Assembly: GCA_010909165.1 (NCBI GenBank)
Contig: VJWM01000254.1
Span: 154,855 to 218,854, forward strand
Direction of reading: 5' to 3'
DNA length: 64,000 bases
From: Anthoceros angustus
Lineage: Eukaryota; Plantae; Anthocerotophyta
Within the stretch, counting starts at the first letter, position 1. Each line of letters starts with the position of its first letter. A program made the position numbers and the translations under genes. Shown one piece after another: positions 13,301 to 25,300 of the stretch. The notes under the pieces are model-generated. The model did no database searches. It was not told the origin of the DNA and worked only from the letters and a program-made list of their open reading frames with translations.

Positions 13301-14752
13301 AAGGACGGATTTCCGTCATGGGACTTGGTACTTAACAACTTCTACCATGATGTGCCTAAGCTACTTGCACCAAGGGCATCCCACTTACTTTATACACCCC
13401 ATCTAAGTACCGATCTAAGCTCAGGATGCTTAATCATCAAGGGCATCCACTCCCTTTACGCACCCCAATCTAAGCTCAGGATGCTTAATCACGACGTTCT
13501 TATAAATGTGTGTCCATTTGGCCTAAGCCATTTGGACACACATATGGTGGAGCATGTTCGGCCCTAAAACGGGAAGTCGAAGCTAAGAAGCTAACAGCAT
13601 CGTCGTCCCTAAAAACAGTTTCCCGAGGGATTCAAATCCCGAGAGGGAAAGGGGGAAGGAAAGCGGCAGGCAGGCTAGGCTAGTCTGGCATGCGCAATCG
13701 AGCGGCAGGGAGCAGTGACGTGCACCGGGTCGTGAGTCGGGCATGTACGAGACGGCGGCCACGTGGGCGAGCCACGCCCCGCCGTCGCTACCACGTGCCG
13801 GCTGCCGGACACGGCATGCACATTCCCCGTTCCAACAGTTTTCAGTCCAAAAGGCAACTTCCCCGACGAACCTACGGTACTCGAGTCCTGGACCCCAGAA
13901 AAAAAAAAATCAAGGCCTACGTGAGGTCTCTGTGTGTATGCGTGTACAGTACAACCTACCAAGTGTACCTAGGCAGTATCAAGGGCGGCCCACCTCGCAT
14001 CAGATTCTGGCTGCGCCCTGTCCGTCCCCACCACCATTCCCTTTTGCCGGCGTCTAATCCCCACCCTAATAATCCCAATCTCCGTCTATAATCACCGCCC
14101 GCGGCCCGGAGCCCCGTCCCCGGTCCCCGGTCCCCCTTGCCCTGTAGGCTGCTGACTCCCAGTTGCAGCAACTTGGCCACCGATTCTCACGTTGGCACGC
14201 CACATGGGCCCGCGCCCCGCTGCCGCGTAGGGCACTGAACCCACGTCCCCGCCCCCGGGCCCCGCCCACGGACCAGCCCCGCCGGGATCCCCGGACCAAG
14301 CCCCTGGTCCGTCCATCGCCGGCTCCGCCTCTCTTTCCTTTCTCGTCTCTCTTCCTGTCCCTGGCGTCGGGACGCGCCACTGTGTTGCCCTGCAGGAGCA
14401 GGCCTCTGCCGGAAGCGGCAAGGCGGAGTCGGGGCCGAGCCGAGTTGCTTCCCGTGTGGTGCACGCCTGGCTGCTGCTGTTGCTGTTGCTGTTGCGTGCC
14501 CGCGGCCTCTTTAACCCCGCCTCCTGCCTGGGCTTTCTCCTTCTCCTCCCGCATTCTTCCTCGGCCGCAGACGGAGCGGCCTGAGCCTTCTGGAGCGTTC
14601 AATCTGTGTCTGGGAGATGGCCGGGGGACGACTGTTGCCTGCGGCTCAGGGGAGGCGAGGTCGGGTGTAGTTCTGAGCGGATCTGAGCTGGGGAGCGGGA
14701 TCCGGCGGCTGCGGGAAGGGAGGGCGGAGGGAGAGGGTTTCCCGGCTGTGGC

Positions 14753-17700
14753 ATGGTGACTGCCCTGGCCGGGGTCATGGCTCTGTACTCCAGCTCGCCG
14801 CCTGCCGGAATGTGGTCTTCGCAATGTGCGTTGGGGGGTAATGCTGCTGCAGGGATGGAGATGGAGGTGGTGTCGCGGACTACGGCGCTTAATTCGGCGT
14901 CCAAGCCTGGGGTGTTGGTAGGAGGGTTGTCGTCGCTGTTTGCCAGCTCCGGGGCGCGGCATTCGGTGTGTGCCGGGGGGGAGGTGTCGGAGGCGCCGTG
15001 TCTGTCCATGGGGATGGTGCGGAGCGGGTCGCAGACGGATCTGGCGTCGTTGAGCGGGGGCTCGGAGAGCCGGAGTATTCCCAAGCTGAAGGAACGGAGT
15101 CCTGTGTCCGTGCTGTACGGACCTGGGGGGCCGGTTTGTGTGTCGGCGTCGGCTTCTGCTTCGCACAGCGGGTCGCATGGTTCACAGATCTTGTCGTTGG
15201 CGTGCGAGTGGGAGAGGGGGAGCGGGAGTGCCAGTACCAGCGGGGCGGATCACGTCTGGGAGCGGAGACGGTGGCCGTTGGAGTGTCGGAGGGGAGTCAG
15301 GAATGACGGGTTCGATGGGAGAGGGGACAGGTTGGCAGCTGCGTTCCGGTCCAGAGTTTTGGATCTGCGCAGGCCCGAGGTGGACTTGGGGTCCAGTGAC
15401 TCGGAGGCGTCTGATTTTGGGGATGAGTTGGAGCTCGAGGGTTTGCAGACCGATGAGTTGGCGTGTGCTGATGGTAAGCGTGGGCCGGCTTGGGATGTGG
15501 CTGATTCACGGGAGAGGCTGCTGGGTCTGGCGGAGAGGGCTGCTGGTATTGCCTCCTCTTTGACTCAGGACGTTTTGGTTGCCGAGAAGGTGGTCAAGCC
15601 CAAATCCCCTGATGAGATGCTCAGGGATGCCCAGAGGCAGCACCGCGTTTTCAATCACGCTTTCGTTGTGAAAGCTTTTCGGACAGCACAAGATGCCCAT
15701 AATGGTCAGGTACGCGTGGCAGGAGTACTGTTTTAATTTCGCTCTTTGATCGTGTGGCTTTTGTTTTGATGTTCAAGTGTGATTGTGTGGCTTTTGTTTT
15801 GATGCTCAAGTGTGGTTTTTGCTCGGTGTGATGCAGTTCCGCCGGAATGGAGATCTGTACCTGGCACATTGTGTGGAGACTGCTCAAATCCTAGCAGCCT
15901 CCGGGGCAGACAGCACGGTTGTTGCGGCTGGCCTTCTTCACGACACTCTGGATGACGCATACCTCGATGAATCACAGCTTCGGGTTGACTTTGGAGATGA
16001 AGTGGCTGGCCTTGTTTGCGGGGTATGTTTACCTTTACTTTCTGTTTCATTGGTCATCGGAGTCAATGAAGCTGTTCCACAAGCGCATGTGTTTGTCATC
16101 GGTTGTTCGCTTATAGCTCCGTTCTGCACTACAGGTCTCCAAGTTGAGCAAATTTAGCCAGTTAGCCCGTGACAACAGAACTGTGTGCAACTCGGTGGAG
16201 GCTGATCGGCTGCGTACCATGTTTCTGTCTATGGTGGATGCCCGTGTGGTTCTCATTAAACTGGCAGATCGCCTGCATAATATGAGAACCCTTGGTGCCC
16301 TGTCCCCCGTGAAGCAGATCCGCATTGCTGATGAAACTCTTCACATATTTGCCCCACTGGCAAGTCGACTGGGTATCTGGAGCTGGAAAGCTGAAATGGA
16401 GGATCACTGCTTCAGATACTTGAGGCGTGAAGAATATGACGAGTTATCCCTAAGAGTGGCTGAGGGAAGGGGTGAAGGCGAGTTGCTCTCCTCTATCAAA
16501 GAACTGGATCAGGCTCTACGAGAGCAAGGTGTGGAGTTCACAGATCTTTCTGGCCGGCCCAAGAATTTGTACAGTATTTACTCGAAAATGATCAGGTAAG
16601 GAATCAGACAAAAGCTTTGCTGGTACCTGGATGACTGCTTTTTTCTTGTGTCCCTGCAACTGTGCCTCACAAAAAATCCGTGTGTTGCAGAAAGGGCCGG
16701 CATATTGATGAAATATTTGACTATCATGGGCTACGTTTAATCGTTGAAGATGAGGCAAGCTGTTATACTGCTTTGGAGGTCGTACACAGGCTGTGGTCAC
16801 ACGTTCCAGAGAAATTGAAGGACTACATAAAATCACCCAAAGAAAATGGGTAAGCTTTCTGACCCGTGTTTCTTCATGCCTGATGTTGGAAACTTCACCT
16901 AATTCGATTGCCACTTTATTACTGCAGGTATCAGTCTCTGCATACTGTTGTGCGTGGTAGTGAAGGACATTTTTTGGAGGTTCAAATCAGGACTGTTAAG
17001 ATGCATCATCAGGCTGAATTTGGTTTAGCTGCCCACTGGCGATACAAGGAGGGAAACCATAAATATTCGTCCTTCATACTTCAGAAAGTGGAATGGGCTC
17101 GCTGGGTTTTGACATGGCAAAGTGAGATCATGGATACAAAAGTCAGACTGTCACCTGCACAATCAGACCTCAGGCCACCCTGCCCTTTTCCCCTCCACAA
17201 AGATGACTGCCGCCATTCCACTGTTTGCTACCAGCCTCCACAACATGATGACGATCCTCTCTTTGTTATATTGCTGGAGAATGACAAGGTACTAAACTTT
17301 GTTCTTTATCTCATTTCTGGGGTTCACATTGCTGTGTCTTGCCGCTTAGGGCTGGGGCTTCCTGTAAGATTTTTGTTTCCGATAGGGGCAGTTTGCTAGT
17401 TGTTCGGAACACATGAAAATCTGTAACACACTTCGTTATGCAGATGGTTGTCCAAGAATTGCTTCCAGGGTGTACAGCAGCAGACTTGATGGTTGAAAGA
17501 CGAGAGAAGTACCCAGATTGGGACTCCACATGTGCAACCGGAAGCTATAGCAAGGAGAAGAAGGCAAAAGTAAATTGCAAGTTTGTAGAGGATGCTCATC
17601 AGAAGCTGAGGATGGGTGATCTTGTAGAATTTGCTTGCGAACCGGAAGTCAGTTCGGACAGGGATAGTATGCTTTTGGAGCATACCGCACACCGAGGATC

Positions 17701-17836
17701 TCCAGGGGACAGGTGTGGTCAAATTGCTGTTGAGTTTCAGAGGGAACAACTGAAGCGGCTCTATCAGGATAGCGGAGATGCAAGGAGGACTCCTAGGTTA
17801 GATCGGAAACCTAGTTCTCTGGCAGGGTTATCGTAA
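14753..17836 (+). CDS. RSH3: RelA/SpoT homolog, RSH2/RSH3 clade (plastid ppGpp synthase/hydrolase), about 838 aa, 6 exons
   Basis: Exons 14753-15709, 15837-16022, 16135-16595, 16691-16849, 16928-17288, 17444-17836; all introns GT-AG with phases matching. Motifs: [39 protein letters not shown] (HD domain), [54 protein letters not shown], and a C-terminal TGS-like segment (LRMGDLVE). Confidence 0.95.
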
Positions 17837-18119
17837 CGTGACGAACGTCATGGGCAATCCGTTATCCCGATCCACATAAGCGTAGTTGTATACATGTGTA
17901 AAAAATTGAATGGTGGGTCAGGGCTGACGGAGGGGAGACTTATCTATTTCATTCTTTACGTCCTCGGGAATGTTTTTTGGACAAACTTGGGCATGAGGTC
18001 CTGCCCTGTATCTCGTCCTGAGGATGGTTTGATCAGGTCTTGTACATAAGGATGCTCTGATCAGATCTTGTACATAAATAAAGTGCTCTTGCTGCCCAGG
18101 CTTTCAGTCTTTCTGCTGT

Positions 18120-18488
18120 AGACTGCTGGTTGTTGATCATTCTGGATATGGGTCTCCAGACTGCTGGTTGTTGCTCATTCTGGAGATGGGTCTCCAGACC
18201 GCTGGTTGTTGCTCATTCTGGAGATTCTCTCCAGACTGCTGGTTGTTGCTCATTCTGGAGATGGGTCTCCAGACTGCTGGTTGGCTCATTCTGCAGATGG
18301 GTCTCCAGACTGCTGGTTGTTGCTCATTCTGCAGATGGGTCTCCAGACTGCTGGTTGTTGCTCATTCTGGAAATGGGTCTCCAGACTGCTGGTTGCTGCT
18401 CATTCTGGAGATGGGTCTCCAGACTGCTGGTTGCTGCTCATTCTGGAGATGGGTCTCCAGACTGCTGGTTGTTGCTCATTCTGGAGAC
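18120..18488. repeat. 38-bp minisatellite, about 10 copies
   Basis: Unit CTGCTGGTTGTTGCTCATTCTGGAGATGGGTCTCCAGA. Confidence 0.95.
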
Positions 18489-18529
18489 TTCGACCATGAC
18501 TTGTACCAATTAGAATTGAAGTGCTCCTC

Positions 18530-19700
18530 CCCTGCACTGGCTTATTCGGCTTCACTTGCTAATTTGAAGCCTAGTCAACTAGCATCCCTTTGGCATGCAA
18601 GGTTAGGGCATGCAAGAAGGCATAAACTAGTGGACATGTCTCAAAAGGAATGTCACAAAGAGCCATTACCCAAATGCTTCAAGGAGCTCCCCACTTACGA
18701 ATCTTGCATTCCAGCTAAACAGAGGGAGTAGCCCTTCCCTAAGCAGGCACATAGGGCCACATCAGTCCTTGAGTTGGTACACGCCGACATTTCTGGAAAA
18801 ATTCATGAGCCCTCCTTGGGAGGAGCTCAGTACTACCTCACAGTCCTTGAGTTGGTACACGCCGACATTTCTGGAAAAATTCATGAGCCCTCCTTGGGAG
18901 GAGCTCAGTACTACCTCACAGTCCTTGAGTTGGTACACGCCGACATTTCTCGAAAAATTCATGAGCCCTCCTTGGGAGGAGCTCAGTACTACCTCACACT
19001 CACGGATGACTACAGTCGGTACTCATGGACTTTCCCCATGCATCTGAAGAGCGACATGCTTAAGCTCTTCTAGGAGTGGTTACCAACAGCCCAAAGACAA
19101 TCCGAGTGTTTACTCAAGACCTTGCGAAGTGATAATGGCACGGAGTTTGTCAACAACGCCTTTGACACCTATCTGCATGATCAAGGGATACGACGACAGT
19201 TAATCGTACCTTACACCCAACAGCAGAATGGTGTGGCTCAACGCAAAAATCAGACCTTACTTGGTATGACTAGGAGAATGCTCTTATGGGCAGGGCTGCC
19301 ACAAGAATATTGGGCAGAGGCTGTGGTCATAGCCACTTACATATCAATTCGCATTTTGACTAGCTCTGTCCCAGGCAAGACACCTTTCGAAGTGTATTGG
19401 GGAAGGAAGCCGAGTTTGCTCCACCTTCGAGTGTTTGGCTCCAAGGCATACGCCTACATCCCTGCTGAGAAGCGAAAGAAGTTAGACAATAGATCTCGGA
19501 GTTTGATTTTCGTGGGATACAGTGAAACTGTTAAAGCTTACAAGCTTTATGACCCGGATACACACTCCGTTACCCTAGCACGCAGTGTTACCTTTCTGGA
19601 GCAATCTGGGCCGGCAACACAAACTTCAGATGTCATATCTTCAGAGGGAGTCCACAGAGATGTCCAGAATGAGCAACAGCCAGCACTTTATGTTGTGCGT
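18530..19700 (+). mobile_element. Ty1/copia retrotransposon fragment (GAG-pre-integrase, integrase core, SH3-like region)
   Basis: Motifs LWHARLGH, LELVHADISG, TDDYSRYSW, LRSDNGTEF, QQNGVAQRKN, YWAEAV, KTPFEVYWGRKP, KLDNRSRSLIFVGYS; internal stops present. Confidence 0.92.
18763..18996 (+). repeat. In-frame 78-bp triplication inside the copia integrase
   Basis: Three near-exact copies starting at 18763, 18841 and 18919. Confidence 0.95.
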
Positions 19701-19849
19701 AGATTACCCAAAAGAACAGCGTCTGGCATACATGTTAAGCTAGGGATAAAAGAGATGGGCGTCGGCATGCCGGTGCCCACCTGGTAGGCACATGTTCAAC
19801 AAAAGTAATTGGTCTAAAACACTGTCATTGATGCAGTCTAGGTTGAAAG

Positions 19850-21480
19850 GTCTTCCATTCCGGTTTGAGTCTTTGGAGGGCATTGCCCATGCACGTCATC
19901 CATGACCACTTGCAGTTCTTTCAGTCGAGCATGCTCCGTGTCTTCAAAGTTGTCATTTTCCTCCATCGCATTATCTTCGTCGGTATGGTCTTCTTCCGCG
20001 CCATTGTCAGAGTCATTTTGTGGCCAAACAACATCCAGGGTCTGCTGCCCATCGTCCAGGATGTCACGGTATTCTCCTTCCTACAATTAGTTGCCAAACG
20101 AACAACCTACGACTGAGACCCATCCTTTTCAGACAAAACTCACCTCTTTTGCCCATAACTGGGTCGGGCCTCGACGATGTGGTTCATAATTCAACTCCTC
20201 TTCAGCGTCCAGCAGCACTTCGTAGCCATGGATCCTCTGAAGAATCAACTCTGCGCACCTCTTGTCTACCTCGATTGAAATGCAGTTGCGTCCACAAAGC
20301 AAGGCTGCCAAAGTCGTTAACCCACTCCTAGCACAAGATCCAGAATCCAATCCCCCTCCTTCAAGAAACTTTTGATGAGCCTCATCATCAAAGCCAAAGG
20401 CCTTTGATAAGCACAGACCACCAGCTTGTCCAATGATGTGTACAGCAACTTCTTCACCATTGTAGGATGCCCGATGACTACCCCCCATTGTTGAAAGACC
20501 CATGGATGTTAGTGGGGATCATGGAAATTTTGGTCTTCTTGCTATCCGATGTTAAACCCCACCCTACAGTCACGTACTCCATAGTGTCGTACCCACCCAA
20601 GTCGTTATGCATATTTGTTTTGTGCCATACAAAAGAGACCGATCCTCCTCCTCTGCACCACTTTCGCATGGCCTCTCTGACCATATACTGCTCTTCAACA
20701 CCATGCATCTATATCATTCTCATCTCCTGGCAGCTCATCATGTCATGGAATGGATGGAATATTGTACTCAATTGACTTTGGTCTAACTTCACATCATGTT
20801 TGCCCTTGTTGAACCCTCTGTGCACGTCCATCGCCATGAGGGTGTACTTGCGGATCCTAAGAAACCCTCTCATATCAGCTGCATCCTTCGCAATGACTTG
20901 GTACTTCACAATGTCTTTCCTCCATGTCCATATCTGCCAGTGCTCTCTGCTCATTTTCCAGCCCTTTCCATGTGTGAATCTCAAGAATAAATGCTTGAAA
21001 ATCCTCAGGTTTAGTGGGTGAGAGTGAAAGGGCATGATAACGAAGGCGCCGGCATGCCAGCACCCTCCAACAAACATTACCAAGAATGGATGGCAATTTG
21101 GTTACCTTGCCCTCGAAGGCAGCTTGAAACCTTGCTATCACTTCATCGGAGGAGTGTTGAGGGTATTCTTGTCTCACCATATCGAATGAGTCACATGCCA
21201 GATGTTTTGCCATGGCCACTTGTATCACGTGAAATTTCTTGCACAAGGTTACTTTCTTCCCTATGCCGTTGAGGTCCAGGAGTCGCGTCAGTACCTTCTC
21301 TGTTGCACATATCAACATATGTTGACTAGACTGTCCATGTGGGATTCCTTGAAAGCTTCGCCAGGGCTTCCCCTACATCTCTTTGGGTTTGACAAAAACC
21401 CCCTCAACCTGCTTCATCTTGTCAGTTGCCTTCCGCTTTTCCTTGCTCTTCTTACTTGTTCCAGCCGCTACTTGCTTCGT
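19850..21480 (-). pseudogene. Beta-class DNA amino-methyltransferase-like gene (3' part)
   Basis: Peptides KYTLMAMDVHRGFNKG, SFVWHKTNMHND, GSCARSGLTTLAALLCGRNCISIEVDKRCAELILQRI; clearly homologous to 8900-10100. Confidence 0.75.
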
Positions 21481-21499
21481 ATGAGGCCCGAACCCTCCC

Positions 21500-22666
21500 G
21501 ATTATGCAGGATATATTGAGAACGTTCTTCTCACCAAACCCAAAAGTGAAGGTACTCACCGAAGTGCCAGACTTCCAGAAGTATGTGTGGCCAGTTAGGA
21601 AAGGTGCAAGAGGGCACCAATACAAGGCTGCCGCTAAACAGTTGAACGACCTCTTGTTCTAGCACCAGTTCAAAATTACAAGAGAAGACAGAGTGGGATG
21701 GGGAAAGGTAACGGTCATACGGAGTAAACAATATTCCACTTCCCAGCAATGGAAAAGCGAAGATTTCTTGGAGTTCTTAACTTCAGTTCCTGATTGGCCC
21801 TGCACCATTAATGGCACTGCAGGCCAAAGATAAGAAGGCGAGTGAAGGTGGGCTCACTGGGAGGGCATTGAGCACTTACACAAAGGCTTTCTAAAGCTAT
21901 CTACATGTGTGAATGCAGAGGAAGGGGAGTGTGGACTGAAATCTGGAAGGACCACAGTGAGATCTCAACTATAGTTGACAACAACTTTGGACTTGTCTTG
22001 CAGATTGAGTGAAAATGGTACGACAGGGCAGCAGCGGAATTACTAATCCCCCCATTGCAAGTACCATAAGAAGCAGTAGACGAAGCATTACTCCAAGAAG
22101 TACCATAGAGAGACAAGTATTTGGGAGGTCACCAGAGTACAGAACGATGTCAAGATCTAGAGGAGGTGGAAAGGATGAATGGGGATATCATGGAGATTCA
22201 AAAGAGCATGTTTCTCGTAACTCCTTGCGAGGAGGACACTCACAACCGACCATTTTGGATTGCGAAGGTTATAAGTGTCCACCTAAATTCCGCTGACCCT
22301 TACTTACATGTGCATTGGTGGAGAACAGAGCACACAGATTCTTACGAGGGGAAGTATGTGGGAGAATACGCCTTCAGAACAGATGAAGACAAGGCACCAC
22401 CATCAAAAAGTAAAGCTGGTAAAGTCTCAAGACCTCCTAACATCCACACGGTCTTCGTTCGCAAAACCGTTATCGTCTATTATGGCTTCAAGTTGAACTC
22501 GAGGAAACATCTATATGCCGCAAATAAGAAAGCAATCATAGAGAAGTTGAGTGCCCTTCGTCCCCATCTACAACCTTGCACTCCTGATGTACAAGATTAT
22601 AGCGATTATGATGGCGACGAGGCAATGCAGGTCAAAAGAGAAGGTTTAGAGTCTGGCGAGGAGTGA
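21500..22666 (+). pseudogene. C-terminal part of DDD transposase
   Basis: EVPDFQKYVWP, QFKITRE, RPFWIAKV..LHVHWWRT and YGFKLNSRKHL match EVPDFxxxWP, SFKITRE, RPxxLAKV..IKVHWWVT and YGFSLTKAKQL at 41440-42640. Confidence 0.7.
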
Positions 22667-22760
22667 TCATGTGGTGTCATCGTCGTGGGACTTCCGCGAT
22701 CATGGATTATATATGTTCAAACTCCCTTGACGATGATCATGATCCGTGATGATCATGATC

Positions 22761-22812
22761 CGACGATGACACGACATGATCACTCGTCGGTGATCATGTC
22801 GTGTCATCGTCG
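22761..22812. repeat. Perfect 23-bp inverted repeat with 6-nt loop
   Basis: CGACGATGACACGACATGATCAC-TCGTCG-GTGATCATGTCGTGTCATCGTCG, about 95 bp after the transposase stop, within GATCATGATC-rich repeats. Confidence 0.9.
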
Positions 22813-23599
22813 TTCCAGGATCATATATGTTCAAGTCCGCATAGGCTGCCAGCGCCCCCATATATCAACGGACTTCTGAAATACGCAATATTCAATTTTG
22901 CTTAACCCCGTGTGGATGGATGTACATATCAAAGACCATGGTATTTAGTCTCCAATAAGGGTTTCCAGTAAACTATGTGTTGGATAGCAAACATGCTTTG
23001 GTCACGACATTGGCGTGGATGTTTGTATTCGCTCATGGTCTAGCGCAGCAGCGGTATGGGCGCCGGCATGCCGGCGCCCCAACCGCAGGCCCGCACGTAA
23101 AACCAGTTCAGGTTAATAATTTGACATGATCTCAAGTAACATATTCGGGACTAACACTCGGAAGCTGCTTGGCTCACGAGGTTGGAGATGGTTGGTTCAA
23201 TGCATCTATACTTATATGAAGAAATATAGCGTATTTGACTATCCTTCACCCACATGCATGGAGTGCCATATGGGTATTGTTTATAGGAAAAACAATGGAG
23301 GCTATAAGTCAATGACCCTAGCTGAATCATAAAATACAAAAGTATACTCTTGGATTGGGTAGCGAGATATTTCTCTAGTTATTTCTCGATGATTTGTAAC
23401 ACACTGTACAACCTCTAGTACTACGTGATTTAAAACACTTAAAATGTCTCAATAGTGGTCTTAATAATTTACACGCCATTTGCAACACTATCATCGCACA
23501 CTATCATTTGCAACACTATCATGTGACTGTTTGCAACATATGGGTGACCGTTTGCAGCAGTAGTGGTCTTAATAGGGGGCTCAAACATTAGGTTCGGTG

Positions 23600-23930
23600 G
23601 ATGGGGATGGGGAAACGGAGTGGGGGTGGTAGTAGGAATGGGAATGGGGACATGGTGGAGTGGGAGTAGGAGTGGGGATGGGTTTGTAAGCGGAAGCCGG
23701 GTGGGAGTAGGAGTGGGAATGGGTTTGTAAGCGGAAACGGAGTGGGGTGGTAGTAGGAATGGGAATGGGGACATGGTGGAGTGGGAGTAGGAGTGGGGAT
23801 GGGTTTGTAAGCGGAAGCCGGGTGGGAGTAGGAGTGGGAATGGGTTTGTAAGCGGAAACGGAGAGTGGGAGTAAGAGTGGGGATGGGGACGCGGAAACGG
23901 AGTGGGAGTACCAATGGGGATGGGGACGTG
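23600..23930 (+). repeat. G-rich minisatellite with a higher-order unit of about 120 bp
   Basis: Repeated GGGAGTAGGAGTGGG(G/A)ATGGGTTTGTAAGCGGAA. Confidence 0.9.
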
Positions 23931-24257
23931 ATAAGCATTTATACAATGGTAAACAACACCACCATCTGCATGCTCTTTCATGAAAAGCAGCAGGACCATT
24001 GGTCTTTTTGCAAAGAATTAAAAGATCCCGTGGTGGCACCCCTTTTGCATCACAGGAAACATTTCTACTGGAAATGGATCAAGAAAAGCAAGATGAGTTT
24101 CATGGTTCTATCGAAAGCAGGATAGAGATTGAAAATGCAAGGTAAAAGAAAGAGCTTCCCCAAGATGACCTCGACAAGACGGTTGCTGACCTACGGAAGA
24201 CAGTCTTTCATCTCCAGAAGATGATTGTTGAATTTTAGGAAAGAGATCAGGGACAAT

Positions 24258-24395
24258 GAAGGAGCACAAAAGAACACGAAAGGAGCATAGAAGAACAGGG
24301 AAGGAGCCTAGAGGAATAAGGAAGGACCATAGAGGAACATGGAAGGAGCCTAGAGGAACAAGGAAGGAGCATAGAGGAAGAGGGAAGGAGCATAA
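24258..24395 (+). repeat. 21-bp purine-rich tandem repeat, about 6 copies
   Basis: AAGGAGC(C/A)TAGAGGAACAAGG-like units. Confidence 0.85.
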
Positions 24396-24572
24396 CGGTC
24401 ACTCCTTTCCTCTATGCTCCTTGAAGGGAGGAAGGTCCTCCCTTCAAGGAATGACATCCAGACATGGGGTTATTGGAACTCAATAGTCAAGGGATAGATC
24501 AGTACTCGGATGGGGTGCAACCCATTCGGGGGGCTATATATCATGCCCTCGGTCTCCGCACTGTGCAGGGCC

Positions 24573-24805
24573 TGTTGGAGTACAAACCTCGGCACTACGG
24601 ATTGGGGTTTTAGCACCCAAGAGCTATTAGGGCACGTTTCGTGCATAGGTAGATAAACGTTTTAGTTGCTGAAGAGCAGTTCTGTTGGTTACGCTAGTAC
24701 TCGACATTGGTGCGGTTACAACCGCATCTCAGACACTATATGTACAGCACTCTCGCTTAAACAACTTACTTATCATAGCTCAATCTAGCACCTTGCTCTG
24801 CTTTA
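24573..24805 (+). repeat. 5' LTR (TG...TA)
   Basis: Starts TGTTGGAG, ends CTTTA immediately before the PBS; matches 30134-30365. Confidence 0.92.
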
Positions 24806-24817
24806 TGGTATCAGAGC
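24806..24817 (+). other. Primer binding site (tRNA-iMet)
   Basis: TGGTATCAGAGC directly after the 5' LTR. Confidence 0.93.
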
Positions 24818-25300
24818 CACCGCGCTCGGTGCCGTTCGGTGTCTCACAAGCACCTCGCGCTTGGTCTTCACAAATCAGCCGTGATGGAGCTAGAAGACAC
24901 ATACGGCAACCAGCGCCTGTAATCCTGAAACCTGCAACATGGCTCGAAAGCGCAATCCAGCAAGCTACTCACCTTTGGGCAGGGCCCCACCCCCAAGGCA
25001 AGTAATCTGCAATGAGTGCATTGCAGAGATGATGAGCGGTCTTGGATCCAACCACCAAAGACCACTCCGCAACAACTCGAGCATACTTCCTGCCAAGAGA
25101 ATCATCACACACGAAGATTTGAAGACACAACTCTCAGCAATCGAGCATCAAATTGAGTTGCTCCACCTAGCCGTAGAGAGAATTTCCGTTAGCCATAGAC
25201 TGTAGATTAGCATTATACGCACCATGATTAGAGGACGCTTATGCTAGCCTTCGATCCTCTCAAAAACTATATCAGAAAGACTAAGAGACACAGAACAATC

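Larger units (their letters stand above)
19750..23110. mobile_element. Internally deleted Sola-like DNA transposon, copy B (ends approximate)
   Basis: The methyltransferase-like gene on - is joined directly to the transposase C-terminus on +. The family palindrome occurs at about 19758, 21045 and 23059. Confidence 0.65.

Noticed and set aside
11000-13600. Possible retroelement remnants or gene between element A and RSH2/3
   Set aside because: Only short interrupted ORFs, with no motif I can name confidently.
14066-15178. 370-aa - strand ORF
   Set aside because: It is the antisense shadow of the GC-rich RSH2/3 5' region and first exon.
23469-24039. Pro/His-rich extensin-like ORFs
   Set aside because: They are translations of the G-rich minisatellite, open in several frames.
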